This document shows positions 36,901 to 44,724 of a DNA stretch of 44,724 nucleotides, one piece after another (position 1 is the stretch's first letter; each line of letters starts with the position of its first letter). The DNA comes from Seison nebaliae (lineage: Eukaryota). The stretch is from NCBI GenBank assembly GCA_023231475.1, contig JALJEE010001258.1:124001-168724 (forward strand), given 5' to 3'. Under the pieces are notes generated by a model that saw only the letters and a program-made list of their open reading frames with translations, ran no database searches and was not told the origin of the DNA. The translations under genes and the position numbers were made by a program.

Positions 36901-37192
36901 CCTCATAATCACCCGCGCCATTATTATTATTATTAATGTTGTTGAGAGTGAGAGTGAATTGATTATTTCGAAAATAATTCTTTCGATTTTCACGTTTCGT
37001 CTTCCCGCCCGAATCTTTCCTACGAGATTTCCTTCTTCTACCGCTCATAATTTCATCGTCCGACGTTGGGGGCGTCCTAACATCTAATAATTCAGGTCGA
37101 CTAACATTAATTTCATAAGGTACAAGTCGATCAGTGATGAACATCAGATTGTTCAAATAACTCTTCTTTTGTTGTTTCTTCGAATTGCCCAT
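33949..37192 (-). CDS. PPM1D: PPM1D/Wip1-like PP2C protein with degenerate active site and long Q/P-rich tail; 2 exons, 1,060 aa
   Basis: A 61-nt phase-1 intron at 36294-36354 (GTTCGT..TAATAG) joins the two ORFs to give MWKIFHKWEKT (cf. Wip1 MWKKLAEWPKT). Also DGHKG, HVVWCRT, QVPFVPISRSLGNFW, FIISPEPE. Confidence 0.85.
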
Positions 37193-38270
37193 TCACATTA
37201 ACACGGAAGAGGAATCTTCTCTCCTAACCACCTAAACTCATTGATTACTATGAGAGAAAGATGAGACTAACGATAGGACCGGACACACGTTACATTCATA
37301 ATTGGAAAGAAAAAAAGAATATTATTTAAATGAAAAAATTCAATTGAGTGAGAATTGAGTGCCAAACTTCACTTTATTTTATAATAGTGGAAGTCGAAGA
37401 ATGGTGGTGATGAAGATCTTGTCTTTCTTGATTTTACACGTCAATTTAATGTCATTCGGAAATGCAAAATGAAAATACGGTTATTTGACAAATGCATTCT
37501 TCACAATTATCCCACCTATTTCATCCAATCACTCCACGAGATACCAACTACTCTATATATACATTACGAATGCATACGTGTATCTTCTCGGAAAGACACG
37601 TAAACGTTAACTAGTTGAAGTTTGATTGGACGAGAGAAATATGTAACCGACTTTCATCTTCCTCCATACCCACCGTTTTCTAACAAGAACTATTCTCCAT
37701 AATCGATGATCGTTAAGATTTTGGATACGTATGACGTTTGATGATTTGAAAAACTGGGCAATTCTCCGCTTTCTCCGTTTGGTCTTTGTGGTTCTTTGTA
37801 AATTAATTCTACAATTCAAAAAGTAAGCTTATATCAACCAAATAATTACTTTCTATTCGAGCCACATTTCGTAATTGACATAAAGCTTAAAATTTAAAAA
37901 TTGTTTATTTTTTTGATTCAGAAATTGGTCTTCATTCACACTGTTCTATACATCGAACGTTTTTATTTTTCTGCTGAATATTAAATTCAGAGTTCAACTT
38001 AATAGCCTATCTTCTCTAGGCGAGTCATTGGGCAAGATATTCGTAATCTGTGATCAAATTTCACATGTCTTCCTATCTGCTATTGGAGTAATACAGTGAG
38101 TAAATGAAGATAGACAGCAATCTTCTGTCAGTATATAAAGTGGGAATATTTCGAAAGATATTTTAATCATAATCTTTTTATTTACATATTGAAAGGGAAT
38201 TTTTTTCAAGTGAATTTTGAATTTTCTCATTTGGTATTTCATAGAAATTTTTTGATTAGTTAAATTCGTC

Positions 38271-39437
38271 ATGGCAGTCTCCACCAAACTTTACGATTTA
38301 CTTGAGTCCTCTCCCACCGACACGGCCGATCAGTTGAAGAAGAAATATCGAAAATTGGCGATGAAATATCATCCGGATAAGAATCCGGACGAACCGGAAA
38401 AATTCAAAATGATTTCATACGCTTATGAAATTCTTAGTGATCCGGACAAGCGGAAAACGTACGACCGATTTGGAGAGGACGGATTGAAGGAAGGTGGTGG
38501 GGAATCGGCATTTACAGATCCGTCGCAATTTTTCCGTCATTTTTTCCCCGATGCTAGTTCCAAAACGGACACACAACATTCATTGAAAGTGACATTGAAA
38601 GAATTGTACAACGGAACAGTTCGTCGTTTGGCGGTGATGAATACCGTTCTTTGTGGTCCATGTGAGGGACGAGGTGGAAAGAAGAATGCCGCCATTAAAT
38701 GTCAACGATGTGAAGGTCATGGCGTCATTATTCGAGTGCATTCGATGCTCGGTTTCGTTCAACAGACACAAATGGAATGTGATCAATGTAAAGGACAAGG
38801 AAAGAAGTATAAAGAGAAGGATATCTGTAAACATTGTCAAGGTACGAAAACGGTGAAAGAGAGGAAAGTTCTCGAAGTTCATATCGACAAAGGAATGAAA
38901 GATGGACAAACCATCACATTCTCAGGCGACGGTGACAGATTACCAGGAAAGCAACCGGCCAATGTCGTCATAACTCTCGATCAGACTGACCACGAATTGT
39001 TTGACAGGAAAGGAAGAAATCTTAACATGAAAATGAAAATTTCGTTGACGGAAGCTCTTTGTGGATTTTCTCGTGTCATCAAAACTTTGGATGGGAGAAA
39101 TCTCGTCGTAACATGTCCAGAAGGTGAGATCACACATAATAATGCGATGAAAGTAATCGAAGAGGAAGGAATGCCTACACATAAACGGATATTTGATAAA
39201 GGAAATCTTATCATTAAATTTACGGTAGACTTCCCCAAGACTATCAGTCCTGTAGTAGCTCGACAATTAAAGACGATTTTACCACCAGGTGAACAACCGA
39301 AAATTCCGGAAAATCATGAAGAATGTGAATTTGTGGAGTATAACGCGACACGTCATGACTCACCAGCGACTCGAGATAACGACAGCGAATTTCATTCAGG
39401 ACCACGTGTCAACGCTATTCCTTGTGAGACGCACTAA
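38271..39437 (+). CDS. DNAJA: Type I Hsp40 (DNAJA1/2/4-like), intronless
   Basis: J domain with HPD (KYHPDKNP), four CxxCxGxx zinc motifs, [24 protein letters not shown]-terminal CaaX-like CETH. Confidence 0.96.
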   Translation: MAVSTKLYDLLESSPTDTADQLKKKYRKLAMKYHPDKNPDEPEKFKMISYAYEILSDPDKRKTYDRFGEDGLKEGGGESAFTDPSQFFRHFFPDASSKTDTQHSLKVTLKELYNGTVRRLAVMNTVLCGPCEGRGGKKNAAIKCQRCEGHGVIIRVHSMLGFVQQTQMECDQCKGQGKKYKEKDICKHCQGTKTVKERKVLEVHIDKGMKDGQTITFSGDGDRLPGKQPANVVITLDQTDHELFDRKGRNLNMKMKISLTEALCGFSRVIKTLDGRNLVVTCPEGEITHNNAMKVIEEEGMPTHKRIFDKGNLIIKFTVDFPKTISPVVARQLKTILPPGEQPKIPENHEECEFVEYNATRHDSPATRDNDSEFHSGPRVNAIPCETH

Positions 39438-39701
39438 ATCTTTCTGTATGGAAACAAATATTTCATCTGTTTTGATAAATAAATTTGAAAGAAATATTTA
39501 ACGGAAAAAATTAAATTTTTCAAATTTTTAAATTTCTTATTGTTAATGAAAATATTAATAATTATAATTATTAAACTAATAATGAGAATTATCAATCTTT
39601 ACATCAATATCAATCAATTTTTATTCATCTAAATATATTTAGGATGATGAAATGATGAGGATCACATATAAGTTAATTAGAGTTGAAGAAATGTGAAAAT
39701 T

Positions 39702-42025
39702 ATGAAATTTTTTATTAGGAAGAAATTAATTCGATTTAGTTCACTAAAATTTTTCGTTTGTTTTATTATTTTGTTCGAATGTTGTGAGGGAAGGACGAAA
39801 ATGATTGCGAAGAAAACATTTATCATCGTTAACGGAGACGGGAAGAATGTGTGTATCGAGGCGCGATGTAACACAACGATAGAAACGATTTATTGCGGAT
39901 ATCAGGAGTAGGTATTGAAAATTGAAAATTTTCGTTTTTTAATTTAATTTTCATTTGAAAAAATTTTTTTAAATTTAATTTTCATTTGAAAAAAATTTTT
40001 TTTAATTTAATTTTCAATTGAAATTTTTTATAATTTAATTTTAATTTGAAAATTTTTTTTTTAATTTTCAATTGAAATTTTTTTAAATTTAATTTTCATT
40101 TGAAAACTATTTAAATTTATTTTTCATTTGAAAATTTTTATTTAATATCCGATAATTTCCTGATGATCATTCTTATTTGGGGTTTAGAGGACCGGAAGAT
40201 TTGGCTGCCATTACGGTGACGGTTTGAAAGAATTGATCGAAAATTATTTTTGATTAATTATCTGATTATTAAGTTGTATGATCGATTAAATTTGGAAGAA
40301 GTGACGTATGAATGTGATCGAGCTCGATATCCGAAATATAGTCCATACCATCCAGTTTCTTATCAGTACTCCACGAGTTAGTTTAAGGGAATGTTCATTT
40401 TTATCATCGTCAACGTTTCCAGATCCATGGGATGCGAAAGTGACTCTCATATCGGAGAATATGGCGATTAATTGTCTGGTAGTTTTGTTTCTTTATGGCG
40501 ACGTATTTTATATGAATGGTGATAAGAAAATTCATTTTTTATTAAAAGGAGTTACATTTTGAAATATTTTCAATTTTCACTATCATTTTTAAGTCGTTAA
40601 TTGATTTCCGTACAGATTTTCAAGATTATCGAAAAACGACCACTGAATCCACATCTACCACCACATCGACCACTACCACCTCAACTACTACAACTACCAC
40701 CACAACAACCACAACAACAACAACAACGACAACAACCACTACAACAACCACCACAACAACAACATCGACGGCAGAAAGTATAGAGTTAACAACGAGTACG
40801 ATATCGATAACGACACATACGAGAAGTACCACCACAACTACCACTACCACAACTACTACCACTACAACCACAACAACAACTACCACCACCACCACCACAA
40901 CAACAACAACTACGACAACTACCACTACCACCACCACAAGTAGAAGAACGACTACAACGACGTTGGCATTGATAACGATAAAAGAGTTCACATTTATCAG
41001 ATAGTTTAAATTTAAATTTGAAAAAAAAAATGAAAAATATTTATTGTTTTTATTAGTACAGAACCAATTAATAATACGACAATGGGTCTTACCGTAATTA
41101 ATCTGATCGACGAGTTTATGAAAAACCGCGACAGGTTTCCTTTAACAACACGTCAATTTCACATTTTCTATTTTCGTTCAGGATTGAGAACGTTCAAGAA
41201 TCGAAGATGGACAAAAAAGTCCCTGTTAGGGTTGAAAAGAATGTGTAAGTTATTTCACTATTGAATTTCAAATAATTTCACTCTCAAGTGAGATCGATGC
41301 GAAATACGATTCACATTATTGGATTAACGACGATATTACGATGAAAGTGTCAGGTCTATTCGAACCGAATATCGAAATGTCGAGAAAACAAGAAATTATT
41401 TCATCGGTTAATTCATTCATCATTCATCAAATAATTTAATGGAAATCAGTTAAAAAGAGCATGTCAAGTAGCTCTAGACCGTTCGATCATGAAGAATCCG
41501 TTTAAAGTTAAATTGGTTCAATTCAAAGAGGATGTTGATGGGAAGAAAGGCGAGTATGAAATCATAGGTCGATGTGAAGTAAAAAAATTTCGTTCTGTTT
41601 TCTCCGTTCCATATGACGTGATATTAACGCCAAATTCAATTCTCAACTATTTTACCGGTTATTATGTAAACGAATTCCGGGAAAAATTTGATCCTACATT
41701 ATCTTTCAAACTACACAGTTCCTTCATTTTTCTCTTCATTTATGTTGGAATTCAAAATTTTAGAATTGACAACTTTCACTCTTCTTCTACCAAAACATGA
41801 AATCAGCACTCGATTCAGTTCACCAGGAATTCTTGCCGTTCTCGTCTTTCTGTCCTTAGCAATCATTTCCGCCATTTCTACTTGGCTACGTTCAAAACGT
41901 TTCCTTTTTTCTTTCACATTTCATTCCTCAACATCAAAACATCAGGCAGACGAAAAAGTGATTTAGAATCGGGCATGCCATCAAACGACTCGTATTCTGG
42001 TGGAGATATGAAAGAAGACGACTGA
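39702..42025 (+). CDS. Orphan type I membrane mucin-like glycoprotein, about 11 exons
   Basis: Signal peptide (..LKFFVCFIILFECCEG), Cys-containing N-domain assembled through short GT-AG introns (EGPEDLAAITVT|LYDRLNLEEVTYECDRARYP..|PWDAKVTL..), Thr-rich exon ~40616-40985, second ectodomain, TM GILAVLVFLSLAIISAISTWL, tail ..KSDLESGMPSNDSYSGGDMKEDD* (TGA 42023-42025). Confidence 0.7.
39930..40145. repeat. AT-only ~30-bp minisatellite (~7 copies) in intron 1 of the mucin-like gene
   Basis: Repeated ttttaaatttaattttcatttgaaaaaaa units. Confidence 0.85.
40636..40962 (+). repeat. ACN-codon (poly-Thr) mucin segment
   Basis: accacaactaccactaccacaactact... in frame with the spliced gene. Confidence 0.85.
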
Positions 42026-42183
42026 CAAACTGCTTATTCTCTTTCAATAATCCTCCTACACACATCTTGTTTGGTTGAAAATAAAATAAAAATTGTATAG
42101 AAATTTGAATTTCCCAAGTATTTATATTGTTGGAGAATTATTTTTCTCCACTATAAATTGGACAAATTTTCTCCATATAATGT

Positions 42184-42255
42184 GGCTTGATGGTCTAGTG
42201 GTATGATTTTCGCTTTGGGTGCGAGAGGTCCCGGGTTCAATCCCCGGTCAAGCCC
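42184..42255 (+). tRNA. tRNA-Pro (TGG)
   Basis: GGCTTGA acceptor stem pairs with TCAAGCC; A-box TGGTCTAGTGG; anticodon arm TTCGC-TT TGG GT-GCGAG; T-arm CCGGGTTCAATCCCCGG; T-run Pol III terminator at ~42262. Confidence 0.96.
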
Positions 42256-42352
42256 AAAATCTTTTTACGTGTGCGCATCATTTTAAAATTTCCCTTATTT
42301 TCAAAAAAAATTAAAAGTGCACAAAAGTAGAGTGAAGTAGAGTTGAAATATG

Positions 42353-42520
42353 GTGCACGAAAATGGCATCAAAAATGCACAAAAGGAAAAACGAGTGTGT
42401 ACGAAAATGGCATCAAAAATGCACAAAAGCAACAACGATTGTGCACGAAAACGGCATCAGAAGTGCACAGAAATAGAATTTATAACGAACGAAAATGAGA
42501 TAAAAAGTGCACAGAAAATG
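42353..42520 (+). repeat. 44-bp tandem repeat x4 (GTGCACGAAAATGGCATCAAAAATGCACAAAA core)
   Basis: Units begin at 42353, 42397, 42441 and ~42485 (last degenerate); an extra GTGCACAAAA lies at ~42317. Confidence 0.85.
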
Positions 42521-42939
42521 AATAATCTCTCTAGTTTACAAAGTCTATAAGCACAAGTTATATCGGAGATATTTTCCTTTTCAATTAATCAATCAGTTCT
42601 TTTGTTTGTTTGGAGAGAATTTGAGTTTTTGATTTCTAATTATGATTTTGATTTATTTACTTTCTATTGTTTGTCCATCATTCCCTTACGTATTACGACG
42701 AAGTATCATAATGAAGGGTATGAGTATCGATAGTGACGAGTTTAAACATTTTCTTAAAGTGGAATTGATTTGAAAAAATAATTTTTCAGCATAACAGTTT
42801 TTAAAAGAGGTTCTATTTCCAAGAGAGATTATTGACAACTTGACAAACTTTCCATAAATTAGGATTAACATTGGCATTGCCAGGATTGAAAAGTTAACTT
42901 TACCTTAATCCATCTGATGATAATGTCACCATTCGGATA

Positions 42940-43789
42940 TTGAACGATTTAGAGTTGCTTAACTTGGAAGGTTCTCGACGAGTAAATACCGATAACAAAC
43001 CGAATATCGCAGATTTTTATATAGACCATATGCTCATGCCGAATCTAAGTGGCGCACAATGGAAAGGTGTCTATCGTGTCTTAGTAAGTTACACTCAACT
43101 AGATAAACCAGATGAAATTTGGAGACCGTACACTAAACTTCTTCATCAATTACCGTATATTCAGTTCAATACACTGAATTTCAGTGACACAGGAAAATTT
43201 ACCACGGCCGTCCATAAATTAACACGGTTAATTAATTCATTCTATGAATTGTCTCATAAAAATTTTCAGTCAATTGATGATTCCGGCTAAGTTTCGAGTG
43301 ACAAGTGCAATAAGTCAGAATGCAATAGATCAAATACTACCAAATCTTAAGAGGGGAGGATTAAGATATTTTGATAAGAAATATTTATTGATTTTCAGTA
43401 CACATAATAACGGTATCCATTATCAGTTAACCGCAGTTGATTGGGAGAAGAATAGACTAATTTCATTTGAATCAGTAGAGACTAAAAGAGAAAATCCAAA
43501 ATATCCTCATGTCTTGATTAGTCTGTTGAATTATACCGCTAGCGAATTGGGAGAACATGTGAACATACCGAAAGACAAACGATCAGATCAAATGTTCCCC
43601 AACGTTTCCGCTCAGAAGGATTTGAGAAGTTGCGGATTCTACACTCTAATCAATGCGAAATATTTCGCTCATCGAGTATTAACAATTTTTCGAAATCGAG
43701 AAGTTCAACAATTGAAAAAACATTTAGCTATCGAATTACTTCGAAACCGATTGTTTCCTATTTTCGACGAAGAAACTCTCGTCAATTGA
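42940..43789 (+). CDS. Ulp1/SENP-like C48 cysteine protease domain gene (5' end unresolved; possibly transposon cargo or decaying)
   Basis: A 43-nt intron at 43227-43269 (GTTAAT..TTTCAG) fuses the two ORFs (KLTR-QLMIPAK). Motifs YLLIFSTHNNGIHYQLTAVDWEKNRLISFES and QKDLRSCGFY match the Ulp1 H..D(E)..Q-x4-SCG pattern. In-frame stops lie just upstream (42841, 42895). Confidence 0.7.
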
Positions 43790-44724
43790 CATCTGATTTT
43801 TATTTCAATCAAATCTTTTTTCTCTTTCTATTACCGTTAGTTGCTGTATTACGTTTTATTAAATTATGTTTCTGAAATTTTTTATAACTGAAATTTCAAT
43901 TAATAGTAGGTATTAATTGCAACGTTAAAGAAGATGTTCTCGAATTAAGACATTCTATAAATTTCGTTTACAAATAAAATTTTTCAACCATTTCGTTAAT
44001 ATTACAATTATTTAAAAAATATCAATTTATTTCTTTTTATTAAATTTCAAAATTTTAAGTGTAAATCGTTTAGGACAATTGGTAAATGAAAAATAATAAT
44101 CATCATGCTGACTGTTAGAAATAAGTTCACGACATCTTAAGATTTTCAGGGACCAAATAATCGAGAGAAAATTGATTTTCTATCACTCACTGTGATTAAT
44201 AAATAATAATAATAATTATTATAGAATTCTATTCTTATTATAGAACTAGTTATAGAGTGTAATTATTATAAGTTAGAACCAATTAAACCGAACCAAGTGA
44301 GGACTTGACTATATTATTTTGGGTAAACGTTGGATATCGTGTTTATAACCTGCCTGGTTTATTACTTTCGATACCTATTTCTGGTTTATTAAATTTCGTA
44401 GTTTCTTCCCATTTTCACTTTGTTAATAAATTCATAAACTTTCCTCAAGTTGTTTATAATTGTTGTAAAAATAAATTATTGTTTTTTCTCTATCGTTACT
44501 TCTCTTGCAGTGATTCGCAGGAGATTCATAGAATTCATAATTCTCTAAATCGATATGTTCCATTCAAATTATGTTTCCGGATGATAATAACGATTGTAAA
44601 CGATTTTGTTGTAACTTAATTGGAATAATTCAACCTCGTTATAAAATCTTTCATTTTTCGATGACGATAAATATGAACATTTAAACGTGAAAAATAACTA
44701 ATAAAGTTAAATCATATTTCATTA

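Noticed and set aside
37607..38287. Minus-strand gene divergent from DNAJA
   Set aside because: Trial splicing hit stops in all phases; no recognisable motif.
40626..40991. Poly-Val ORF (and the P/Q ORF 40601-40783)
   Set aside because: Antisense or off-frame readings of the Thr-rich exon.
42353..42520. CRISPR-like array (44-bp period)
   Set aside because: Variable part only ~10 bp, units degenerate, no cas genes.
43227..43290. Frameshift between the two Ulp1 ORFs
   Set aside because: Explained by a 43-nt GT-AG intron.
44305..44724. 104-aa plus ORF / stop-riddled minus frame at window end
   Set aside because: No ATG start or motif; could be a pseudogene remnant but cannot be supported from this window.

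Overview
Eukaryotic, most likely animal (inference from a receptor guanylate cyclase, a PPM1D/Wip1 homologue and PCGF3/5), AT-rich and gene-dense, with the standard genetic code, short introns (mostly about 43-63 nt, usually GTT donors) and many coding trinucleotide runs. Left to right: partial PCGF3/5-like RING gene (-, absent from the ORF track), spliced REEP/DP1 gene (+), spliced ESS2/DGCR14 (-), an intronless receptor guanylate cyclase (+), two large tandem minus-strand orphan genes (about 3,500 aa and 1,170 aa after splicing), ABCG half-transporter (-), MON1 (-), PPM1D-like gene (-), DNAJA (+), a multi-exon Thr-rich type I membrane protein (+), tRNA-Pro(TGG), a 44-bp repeat array and a Ulp1/C48 protease-like gene (+). 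Highlights: (1) the two orphans are paralogues sharing an unrecognised ~140-aa domain and several collinear motifs; (2) the PPM1D homologue has lost most metal-binding aspartates (pseudophosphatase); (3) the guanylate cyclase lacks the catalytic Asn/Arg pair; (4) the repeat + Ulp1 module beside the tRNA resembles transposon cargo; (5) splice donors are mostly GTT. All assignments were made by eye from motif recall; no database searches were run and splice models are manual.
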